Positions 13,344 through 28,358 of a DNA stretch of 64,000 nt are shown piece by piece; the stretch's first letter is position 1; the number at the start of each line of letters is the position of its first letter. Below the pieces are notes generated by a model. That model was not told the origin of the DNA. It searched no databases and saw only the letters and a list, made by a program, of their open reading frames with translations. Origin of the DNA: Macrostomum lignano (Eukaryota); assembly GCA_002269645.1 (NCBI GenBank), contig NIVC01000280.1, positions 620,001 through 684,000 on the forward strand, read 5' to 3'. The translations under genes and the position numbers were made by a program.

Positions 13344-13927
13344 TCCTTGGCCGCTCTAACTAGATTGGAAACCAAACAGAAAATTGCAAGGAGAGAATAG
13401 AATGGTTTTTTGAATCATTGCATTAAAATAAGGAATTTTTGCCATTGCAAAATAATCGGCCTTCAAAACAGCGGTGTTCTAAGAATATAGAAAACTTTTT
13501 GTACTTGAACTTTTAACGCAGATTTTTTATCTGCGCTGCGGTAAACTAGAATTAATAGCTTATTTTCTTATCAGAAGATATTAATTTTATTACTTTTACT
13601 TCACTACGCTTTCTAAGTTGTCCCGATTATCAGCCTATCATGCCCCGTAATTGCCTCTCCGTTGATTATTATTTTTATTTTCTATTGTTGATTAATTACA
13701 AGTTTATACGAGTATCGATTTTCTATCCTCTCTAAGCCGCCTGCATCGAAAATTGCTCACCTGATCCATTTTTATCTGGGAAACTATAAATAATGTACCA
13801 TCAGTTATAAACTGCATGCCGGAAGATTCCTTTTCTAATTATAAACTAATATTTGTTACTTTGGAGGAGAACGTGTGTGCTGTTTCGAAAAAAGGAGAAA
13901 TTTGAATTTGAACTTGGAACTTTGACT

Positions 13928-14380
13928 TTACACCAGCCCCACTTTACACCAGCCCCACTTTACACCAACCCCACTCTACACCAACCCCACTCTACACCAA
14001 CCCCACTCTACACCAACCCCACTCTACACCAACCCCACTCTACACCAACCCCACTCTACACCAACCCCACTCTACACCAACCTCACTCTACACCAGCCCC
14101 ACTCTACACCAGCCCCACTCTACACCAACCTCACTCTACACCAGCCCCACTCTACACCAGCCCCACTTTCCACCAGCCCCACTCTACATCAACCCCACTC
14201 TACACCAACCCCACTACATCAACACCACTCTACACCAACCCCACTCTACACCAACCCCACTCTACACCAGCCCCACTCTACACCAACCCCACTACATCAA
14301 CACCACTCTACACCAACCCCACTCTACACCAACCCCACTCTACACCAGCCCCACTCTACACCTGGTGATACTGGACACTC
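13928..14380. repeat. ~16-bp C-rich minisatellite CCCCACTCTACACCA(A/G)
   Basis: Direct tandem array that abuts SINE copy B. Confidence 0.9.
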
Positions 14381-14384
14381 TACA

Positions 14385-14477
14385 CCACTGGACACAAATA
14401 ATTCCAGTGGGATCGGGAATCGAACCCCCGACCTTCAAGTTGTGAGTCCAATGCTTTAACCACTAGGCTACAACCCT
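14385..14477 (-). mobile_element. tRNA-derived SINE family 1, copy B (head only)
   Basis: ccagtgggatcgggaatcgaaccc...gaccttcaagt.gtgagtcc...aaccactaggctacaaccct matches the head of copy A. Confidence 0.8.
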
Positions 14478-15309
14478 AGTCTACAGATCCCCCAATACCC
14501 TCTCTATAGAACCCCCAATATCCGGTCTATAGAACTCTCAATACCCTGTCTACAGAATACATAATACCCTGTCTATAGAACCCCCAATACCCTGAATATA
14601 ATAGATTAGGAATACCCTGTTTATACATGCAGAACCTCAAATACCCTGTCTATAGACCTGTCTATGAAACCCCAATACCCTGTCTACAGAATTTTTATGT
14701 CAAAATGAAGGAACCGTTTAAACAAATATTTGAAAATCTCTGAAGGTTTTGCTGCATCAATTTAGTTAAGTGTATCATTCTTCGTTAAAAATTCGCAGCT
14801 GCCTACTCATTCTCAGTAACAATTATGCGTTTTTCTTCGCAAATATCTCTCAAGCCGGAGGCGAAGACTAAATATTTTGAGTCGCGACAAGCACCTGTCA
14901 ATCAGTGCTTTTAGCATTTCTTAGATCGCAAGCAGGCCACACAGCTCGGGCGCTGAGGAGAAGCAGGGCCAGCAAGATTTAATACCTGATTGATTCATAT
15001 CGATTCTCTCCGTCCAGCATCTCAGCTTGAAATCTATACCGCTGGAGCCGCATCATCAAGATTTGCTCAATATGGCTTTTGCATTGGCCAGCCAAGTCGC
15101 CGCCTTGTCGCGACGGAGCCTCCACAGCCTGAGCGAATCGCTCTGTCAATCAAACCTCCCTGGACATGGAGGCTTCAAGCCAAACCTCTGGACATGAAAC
15201 GGAGCTCTGACTCGACAGGAGCTTGTGAGGTTTGATCGCTTAATTTAACTGTCAGTCTTATAAGTCCCTCGTAATTTATTGAGAATTAATCAATGTAGTT
15301 GGGTTGAGC

Positions 15310-15820
15310 CTAGTGAGGGGTTGTAGCCTAGTTGTAGGGGTTGTAGCCTAGTGGTATGGGTTGTAGCCTATTGGTAGGGGTTTTAGTCTAGTAGGGGTTG
15401 TAGCCTAGTGGTAGGGGTTGTAGCCTATTGGTAGGGGTTTTAGTCTAGTAGGGGTTGTAGCCTAGTGGTAGGGGTTGTAGCCTATTGGTAGGGGTTTTAG
15501 TCTAGTAGGGGTTGTAGCCTAGTGGTAGGGGTTGTAGCCTAGTGGTAGGGGTTTTAGCCTAGTGGTAGGGGTTGTAGCCTAGTGGTAGGGGTTGTAGCCT
15601 AGTGGTAGGGGTTGTAGCCTAGTGGTAGGGGTTGTAGCCTAGTGGTAGGGGTTGTAGCCTAGTGGTAGGGGTTGTAGCCTAGTGGTAGGGGTTGTAGCCT
15701 AGTGGTAGGGGTTTTAGTCTAGTAGGGGTTGTAGCCTAGTGGTAGGGGTTTTAGTCTAGTAGGGGTTGTAGCCTAGTGGTAGGGGTTGTAGCCTAGTGGT
15801 AGGGGTTGTAGCCTAGTGGT
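15310..15820 (+). repeat. 20-bp minisatellite GTAGGGGTTGTAGCCTAGTG derived from the SINE 5' end
   Basis: The unit equals the first bases of SINE copy C, which continues directly from the last unit. Confidence 0.9.
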
Positions 15821-16093
15821 AGGGGTTGTAGCCTAGTGGTTAGAGCGTCGGACTCACGATTTGAGGGTCGGGGGTTCGATTCCTCATTCCACTGGATCAA
15901 TTTGAGCAAGACACTTAACTCTGCATTGCTTTAGTTCACCCAGCTGTAAAATGGGTGCCAGCATTAGCTGGGGTAATTGGGGGTGTGTGTGGCGACCCCC
16001 CCCAGTCCTTGGACTGAACAGCCGTATGCAGCCTTCAGATGCGCCGCGCAATAGCTGCGGCTGAGCTGTCGGTTGCACATCTGGCCCAATTGG
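15821..16093 (+). mobile_element. tRNA-derived SINE family 1, copy C (full length)
   Basis: The head GGGGTTGTAGCCTAGTGGTTAGAGCGTCGGACTCACGATTTGAGGGTCGGGGGTTCGATTCC folds as a tRNA with a CAC anticodon-loop centre. The body is ttgagcaagacacttaactct...cccagctgtaaaatggg, and the tail is shared with copy A. Confidence 0.85.
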
Positions 16094-16538
16094 GTCAGGT
16101 ATAATCAATTATTATTATTTTTATTATTGAGAAGTTTTGTGGCTGATAGTTTGCAAAAACATGCGATAAAAAACACCGGAAAAAAGCAAAAAGAGGTATA
16201 AACTCGAAGTTGTATTTAGAAATGCCGAAAACTTTTAAAAGATTAAAAGATTTTGGCCTCCTAAAATAGAAATTACAACTTGCGAAGCCTCCCGGTTGTT
16301 GCTACAGGAACCGCCTTCCTTCCCGTCATCATTTTCTTCCTTTTGCTAAATCCCAATCCTTTCTCCCATTCGCTGCCTACCAATATCGGAGACCAATGAG
16401 AGGCGATCAGCCATCAACTCTGCTTTAATAGAGTCGAAGCTGTGCAAACGAGCCGTTTCTGCATGGATTAGAATTTCCTGCTGAAGTTTGCACTGAACTG
16501 AACAGCTTTAATATCCGGATGGCTACTCGCTTGGTGAA

Positions 16539-19453
16539 TCACTGGGCCTTGTTGCTGGCGCTGAGCGTGTCTGCGATGGCCGAGATGTGCGATGTGGTGA
16601 GTTGGGTAACCTGCTGTGAGGCTGGGTGCCGAATCAAGGATGACCAGCAAGAAACCATGTTCTGATTCTGATTCTTTCTAGACTCTGTAGACCTTCTGTA
16701 GACTCTCTATAGACTCTCTGTAGTCTGTAGATGCTCTGTAGACTACCTGTAGTCTGTAGATTCTCTGTAGACTGCCTGTAATCTGTATAGATGTTCTATA
16801 GACTCCATGTATTCTGTAGATTCTCTGTAGACTGCCATGTATTCTGTAGATTCTCTGTAGACTCCATGTAGTCTATAGATTCTCTGTAAACTTTCTGTAG
16901 ACTTTCTGTAGACTTTCTGTAGACTTTCTGTAGGCTCTGTAGACCCTCTGTAGAGTTTTTGTAGACTGTTTGCCTGTCTATAGACTCTGTAAGCTCTATA
17001 TAGACTGACTTTTTGATAGAATCTTTGTAGAATTTCTATCGAATCTGCAGATTCTCTGTAGACTTGTTCCTCTGTAGACTCTCTGTAGACTCTCTGTAGA
17101 CTCTCTGTAGACTTTCTGTAGACTTTCTGTAGACTCTTTATAGACTCTCTGTAGACTCTTTATAGACTCTCTATAGACTCTCTGTAGACTCTCTATAGAC
17201 TCTCTGTAGACTCTCTATAGACTCTCTGTAGACTCTCTGTAGACTCTCTATAGACTCTCTGTAGACTCTTTATAGACTCTCTATAGACTCTCTGTAGACT
17301 CTTTATAGACTCTCTGTAGACTCTCTATAGACTCTCTGTAGACTCTTTATAGACTCTCTGTAGACTCTCTATAGACTCTCTGTAGACTCTCTATAGACTC
17401 TCTGTAGACTCTTTATAGACTCTCTATAGACTCTCTGTAGACTCTTTATAGACTCTCTGTAGACTCTCTATAGGCTCTCTGTAGACTCTCTGTAGACGCT
17501 CTGTAGACTTTCTGTAAACTCTCTGTAGACTCTCTGTAGACGCTCTGTAGAATCTCTAAAAACTCTTTATGCAGACCCTATTTGAAGCGGCTAAGCTCTT
17601 TAACTTGCATTTGAGGCGAATACTTTTTCTAATCTCCAATATTCTTTGCACTAGAGAATCGATTTCACGACAAAGCAGAAGACAGCATAGAAAAACAAAA
17701 GAATAGTTGATAAAAAGGCCAAATGAACTAAGCTAGGTGAGCCGCAGACACGACATTTACCTTATCATCTACGCAGATTAGAGACTTACTTTATTCCCCA
17801 ATTCTCGACAAAATTAGTAATCCTTGACGATCAGCTGATTCTGGATTGGAAAGCCAGTTTAACAATAATCCCCAAGCCAATTCGGCTGAAAATTTCGAGT
17901 TTAACTCCCCCCAGAGCGCACCAAGCCATAAAACACTTGAGCCAGGGGGCAGTAGAGGATTCTTCATGCCTCTCCCATTTCGGTAAAAAAATCCCCTTTG
18001 GAATTGCGGTAGGGCGGCGGGGATTTCCTAAAATGGGAGCAAATTATGTTTATTGAACTCGTCGAATTCTGTTAAGCTGAAGAGCTTTGCAACAAACTAA
18101 AATTCCGATTCTAAAAGCTAACAGACGAGTCTAGGGGAAAATAAGCAAATAATGATACCCATCACCATGGCAACCAAGCTTTTCTTTAGACCCGATACGC
18201 TCGAGGCAAAAGAATGCTTTTAGTGGAAAAATGCGGCAGAGCGTTCGGGTTTGAATCGACAGTCTTTTTGACTCGGCTTTCTGGTCTGCCTCGGGTTGGA
18301 GCTGGCGGCAGCCATCAATCACTCACTGTACTACCGTCCAACCGCTCACCCAAGCCACTTACAGTGAGGAGTATTTGGCAGGAATTAACTTCTTGCGTCA
18401 CTGTCACGACCTTCGGCTCGTCATCATGCACTCCTGCAGTCCGGGATATGATCCTCATCCCCTATTTTTGACTCCGGTATGATCTCGCCCTCACTTTTAT
18501 GACCTCTCCCTCACTGTTATGATCTCTCCCTCACTGTTATGACCTCTCCCTCACTGTTATAACCTCTCCCTCACTGTTATGACCTCTCCCTCACTGTTAT
18601 GACCTCTCCCTCACTGTTATGACCTCTCCCTCACTGTTATGACCTCTCCCTCACTGTTATGATCTCTCCCTCACTGTTATGACCTCTCCCTCACTGTTAT
18701 GACCTCTCCCTCACTGTTATGACCTCTCCCTCACTTTTATGACCTCTCCCTCACTGTTATGACCTCTCCCTCACTGTTATGACCTCTCCCTCACTGTTAT
18801 GACCTCTCCCTCACTGTTATGATCCCGCCCTCACTTTTATGACCTCTCCCTCACTGTTATGATCCCGCCCTCACTTTTATGACCTCTCCCTCACTGTTAT
18901 GATCCCGCCCTCACTTTTATGACCTCTCCCTCACTGTTATGACCTCTCCCTCACTGTTATGACCTCTCCCTCACTGTTATGACCTCTCCCTCACTTTTAT
19001 GACCTCTCCCTCACTGTTATGATCTCTCCCTCACTTTTATGACCTCTCCCTCACTGTTATGACCTCTCCCTCACTGTTATGACCTCTCCCTCACTGTTAT
19101 GACCTCTCCCTCACTGTTATAACCTCTCCCTCACTGTTATGACCTCTCCCTCACTGTTATGACCTATCCCTCACTGTTATGACCTCTCCCTCACTGTTAT
19201 GACCTCTCCCTCACTGTTATGACCTCTCCCTCACTGTTATGACCTCTCCCTCACTGTTATGACCTCTCCCTCACTGTTATGACCTCTCCCTCACTGTTAT
19301 GATCTCTCCCTCACTGTTATGATCTCTCCCTCACTGTTATGACCTCTCCCTCACTGTTATGACCCACCATTCACGGTCATGACCCTTCACTCGCTGCTTT
19401 GTCCATTTCACATACAATTCAAGCACAGCTCTTAACCGGACATTGCCTACGTT
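16539..19453 (-). CDS. Unidentified protein, 3' exons only: 19453-19384, 18433-18363, 16613-16539
   Basis: Three GT-AG exons with phases 0/1/0 splice to NVGNVRLRAVLELYVKWTKQRVKGVHDDEPKVVTVTQEVNSCQILLTQVTQLTTSHISAIADTLSASNKAQ*. There is a perfect GTAAGT donor at 18362, and a satellite fills the 18434-19383 intron. No family recognised; upstream exons may lie at 19520-20900. Confidence 0.45.
16675..17555. repeat. 10-11-bp satellite AGACTCTCTGT / AGACTCTCTAT
   Basis: Direct tandem array with degenerate flanks. Confidence 0.9.
18484..19368. repeat. 20-bp minisatellite GACCTCTCCCTCACTGTTAT (~44 copies)
   Basis: Highly homogeneous direct tandem array. Confidence 0.95.
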
Positions 19454-21179
19454 CTGTGAAAAGTTAAAGCTTTTTGGGATATGCTTTGAAACTGCAGACA
19501 CTGACAGATGTTGGCGCTGACCAAATGCAATATGAAGTTAATGGCCTATGCTATCAGGCTCAGCAGTCTCGATAATTCATTCCAGCCCTCCACCCCGGGA
19601 CAACTAAGCATTGAATAGCTGAATAGCCATTTTCCCTTTTAATGGGCGCCGCGAATCGTACGCGCCGGGGCCACCACCACTGCAGGCGGTCCTCGAGTGG
19701 CGGCCCTGACGATTGGCCACCTGCTGAGTTTGTTGATGCCCGGCTGTCCGAGGCCCGCCTTGCGAATAAGCGAAACGCAGTCTTGATAAAGAATTCTGAG
19801 AGGTAGGTAGGGGGGATAGAGAGACAAAATGGAACTGCATTGGAATGATTGTGGAGTTCTAAAATAAGATAACTGGGATGTACCTCATAAACCGCAATTA
19901 TCGCTGCCAACATAAGCCGCAAATAAACGAACTATTCCTCTGATTGTAGAAATAGTTTTTTTCAGACCAAGCTTAAGAACCTGAGTAGAAAAACAAAATA
20001 AAACCAGTTTTTATAACCATTATTCAAATTACATAGTCATTCATTATTGTTGATTCAAATTATTGTTAAACATTAATGGAGATATTATTAAAACAAAATT
20101 TTACTTTTATATAATTATCTTTTGCAAGTAAGGTAAGTAAGTCAATGTTTTTATGTAAGCATTTTATCTTTTAAACAAAATCAATAGTTTTGTGTCTATT
20201 GTGACAATAATTTCTTATGAACACTCAGATAATTGTCGGATAAAGCTTAGCAAGAACTGTTTTAACCGGACATTAAATAACACTAAAAGGAATGCTAATT
20301 AATTAATTAATTAATGTTATTAAAGGTTATTGATTGAGAAAATAGTACACTGACAATGATGATCCAACTAGAAATTTAAACTAAATAACAATTACTTTAA
20401 ACAATGCACGCCAGCACAATTTACTGTATTTAAACCTAAACAAATGTTGAAGATACAGCACCAACTTTTTCACCCCACAGGTTTCCTTCAAAGTCACCAT
20501 TTTTAACAAAAACTATTTTGGACTTATTTTTTTAAAATCGGCGAAATAACGGCTGCCTTAGACAGTGATTTTCAAAAATAGCAGCAAGTTAACGAATACG
20601 AAATGTAAAAATAACGAATAAATTCACAGTTTCCAATTTTGCGTTTAGCTAGTTAGCCCGCACTCCAGACACCAGATATTCTAGAACTCCACGGACTGAC
20701 GGATTTCACGATGCCGGCCCGGCCCGCTTTGTTGCGTCTTAATTGCGCGCCGGCGTCAATCAGTGACGCGAACGCGCACAGGAAAAATCCCCATAGCATC
20801 GCTCTGTGTCTCCCTGTCTGTCTTTCATCGCATTTAAATCCCACTGGAGTCGCGCCGTCTGTGTTTGATCCTGCATGTCCACCCCGCAGACGGCCACCCA
20901 TCTGTGCAGAACTCTGCAGCGATGCTGCGAAGCCAGTGGATAAAACTGTTTGACCGCGGTCTTTCCTGTGCGGCTAAAATTTCCCCTCTGATGTTTTTTG
21001 GGCGGCCCTTTCATCCTGGTGGTTGTTTTTTGTTTGCGGAGGGGAGAATGGCCGCGCCAGGAACAATTATTGCGTGACTCCGCGTCGCATTATTCTTTTT
21101 ATTGCCTTGAGTTTCCTCTGCTTTCATCTTGCCGCCTGCTCTGCTTTCACTACCTTGTGTCTAGGCGGCTGCTCAGCCT

Positions 21180-21915
21180 CCCCATCACCCTCCTTCTCTC
21201 CCTCCCTCTCCCTCTCCCTCTCCCTCTCCCTCTCCCTCTCCATCTCCCTCTTTCTCTCTCCCTCTCCCTCTCCCCTCCCCTCCCTTTATCTCTCCTTCTC
21301 CATCTCCCTCTCTCTCCCTCTCCATCTCCCCCTCTCTCTCCCTCTCCCTCTCCCCTCCCTCAACCTCTCCCTCCCTCTCCATCTTCCTCTACCTCTCCAT
21401 CTCCATCTCCATCTCCATCTACATCTCCCTCTCCATCTCCATCTCCATCTCCATCTCCCTCTCTCTCCCTCTCCATCTCCCCCTCTCTCTCCCTCTCCCT
21501 CTCCCCTCCCTCAACCTCTCCCTCTCCATCTTCCTCTACCTCTCCCTCTCCATCTCCATCTCCATCTACATCTACATCTCCCTCTCCATCTCCATCTCCA
21601 TCTACATCTCCCTCTCCATCTCCATCTCCATCTCCATCTATTTCTCCCTCTCCATCTCCCTCTCTCTCCCTCTCCAGCTACCTCTCACTCTCCCTCTCCC
21701 TCCCTCTCCTTCTCCCCTCCCCTCCCTCTACCTCTCCCTCTCCAGCTACCTCTCTCTCTCCCTCTCCCCTCCCTCTACTTCTCCATCTCCCTCTCCATCT
21801 CCATCTCTATCTCCATCTCTATCTCCCTTTCCCTCTCCATCTCCCTCTCCATCTCGATATCGATCTCCCTCTCCATCTCCCTCACTATCTACGTCTTCCT
21901 CTCCTTCTCCCCGTT
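21180..21915. repeat. Polypyrimidine/polypurine low-complexity tract (CCTCT/CCATCT)
   Basis: Almost purely C/T on the + strand. It is the source of the SPSPS/LHLHL ORFs. Confidence 0.9.
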
Positions 21916-22469
21916 TGACCCGTCTTCACCTCGTTTATTTTTTTCTTCCAATTCCCACCCAGCTAGCGCGAGACCCCCATATCCAATCATCAAATTTAAA
22001 CAGGGAATTCCGTATCTGTTTATTTTCCCAAGTGAAAGAGCCGCATGACACGATGTGACCTGATATTGTTTCTCAACATTCCGCCATCCCATTCACCTCA
22101 AAAAGCCACTCCACTCCGTTTCCTCTCTCTTCTCTCGCTCCCATTGTTCTCGCGCGCATCAGGCTCAGAGCTTCTCAGATATTATTGGTCCCAGATGATA
22201 TCCCCGAATCGATAAGAATACCAGGTACTCAAGTTGAGAACATATAGCATAACATGCGGCGACACTTCTCTGCTGAGTACACACATTTAATTGACAGCTG
22301 GAATTACCATATCACCCTTTACAGCTCTTGTACGAGCGTATAGCATAGGGTACTCTAGGATAATATGCATTTTATTTACATAGTTGACACTTTGCTTGAG
22401 TCCAATCTATATCTCACCAGATGAACAAGAGCACAGTTCCAAATCATCTGCTTCAAATACTGCGGTTGA

Positions 22470-23250
22470 CCTAAACACTGATCCAAACACTGACATGAGA
22501 ACTGAACCAAACACTGAACCAAGCACTGACCCAAGCACTGACCCAAGCACTGACCCAAACACTGACATGAGAACTGAACCAAACACTGAACCAAACACTG
22601 ACCCAAACACTGACCCAAACACTGACCCAAGCACTGACCCAAGCACTGACCCAAGCACTGACCCAAACACTGACCCAAACACTGACCCAAACACTGACCC
22701 AAGCACTGACCCAAACACTGACCCAAACACTAACCCAAACACTGACCCAAACACTGACCCAAACACTGACCCAAGCACTGACCCAAACACTGACCCAAAC
22801 ACTGACCCAAACACTGACCCAAACACTAACCCAAACACTGACCCAAACACTGACCCAAACAATGACCCAAGCACTGACCCAAACACTGACCCAAACACTG
22901 ACCCAAACACTGACCCAAACACTGACCCAAGCACTGACCCAAACACTGACCCAAACACTGACCCAAGCACTGACCCAAACACTGACCCAAACACTGACCC
23001 AAACACTAACCCAAACACTGACCCAAACACTGGCCCAAACACTGACCCAAACACTGGCCCAAACACTGACCCAAGCACTGACCCAAGCACTGACCCAAGC
23101 ACTGACCCAAGCACTGACCTAAGCACTGACCCAAACACTGACCCAAGCACTGGCCCAAACACTGACCCAAGCACTGACCCAAGCACTGACCCAAGCACTG
23201 GCCCAAACACTGACCCAAGCACTGACCCAAGCACTGACCCAAACACTGAC
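22470..23250. repeat. 12-bp minisatellite ACTGACCCAA(A/G)C
   Basis: Direct tandem array upstream of the first confident TIKI exon. Confidence 0.95.
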
Positions 23251-23293
23251 CAGGCGGCCTCCCAACTGACTTCGCCAGCCTTATCCCCAACAG

Positions 23294-27491
<4,198 letters not shown>

Positions 27492-27519
27492 CTGAAGCGA
27501 GAAATACTGCGATAATGCG

Positions 27520-27910
27520 GCTCCCTACTATGTTAATGGGGCTCCGTACTGTGTTAATGGGGTTCCCTACTGTCTTAATGGGGTTCCCTACTGTGTCAAT
27601 TGGACTCCCTACTGTGTTAATGGGGCTCCCTACTGTGTCAATGGGGCTCCCTACTGTGTTAATGGGGCTCCCTACTGTGTCAATGGGGCTCCCTACTGTG
27701 TTAATGGGGCTCCCTACTGTGTTAATGGGGTTCCCTACTGTGTTAATGGGGCTCCCTACTGTGTTAATGGGGCTCCCTACTGTGTTAATGGGGCTCCCTA
27801 CTGTGTTAATGGGGCTCCCTACTGTGTTAATGGGGCTCCGTACTGTGTTAATGGGGCTCCGTACTGTGTTAATGGGGTTCCCTACTGTCTTAATGGGGTT
27901 CCCTACTGTG
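27520..27910. repeat. 21-bp minisatellite GGGGCTCCCTACTGTGTTAAT, just 3' of the TIKI stop
   Basis: About 18 direct copies. Confidence 0.9.
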
Positions 27911-28358
27911 TCGATATGGAGACGCCTACAGAATTTACATGTATGGCGCCTAAAATTTTGACGGCACCAAATGACTTTCTTTACAGGCATATAAAATTCA
28001 TGTACAGTTTCCAATCAAACAATCATTCTTTATCACATTTTCCATGAGAAAACATTAACTGCTGTATATAAATAAAGCAAACTTGCTGTAGATAAAGTTT
28101 TCCAAGTGTTGGATTTTTCATTGTCTCTTTTCTGCGCTTGCTACTTAAAGTAGCTAAAATATGCGCACAAGTTCTTGTAGTTTAAATCTGTACACTGCAC
28201 TGTACACCTGGCTCTGGCCTTATCTGCGAGTCAATTTTACAGCCGGCCTGCGCTATCTTACGGCGAGTAGGCAGGTGAAAAGCCTGCAGTTCAGTTTAAG
28301 CAGAGCTCCTACAGTTGCTCAGCTCGGGTGAGTTTTATGCCGAATACCAGAACAGAAG

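Noticed and set aside
14985-15235. GC-richer exon-like segment (open frames on both strands, for example minus-strand ERFAQAVEAP...RYESI with a GT donor)
   Set aside because: It could not be linked in phase to neighbouring exons and no family was recognised.
15821-15900. tRNA-Val(CAC) gene
   Set aside because: The acceptor stem 3' half is missing or mismatched and the sequence continues into a body shared with other copies, so it is a SINE head. The same applies at 1020-1086, 14400-14477 and 39420-39480.
18161-18174. Single canonical X-box ATCACCATGGCAAC
   Set aside because: It matches the RFX consensus but is not near any start I can define. One 14-bp degenerate match in 64 kb is not persuasive.
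20998-22048. Ser/Pro-rich extensin-like ORFs
   Set aside because: Produced by a pyrimidine-only low-complexity tract.
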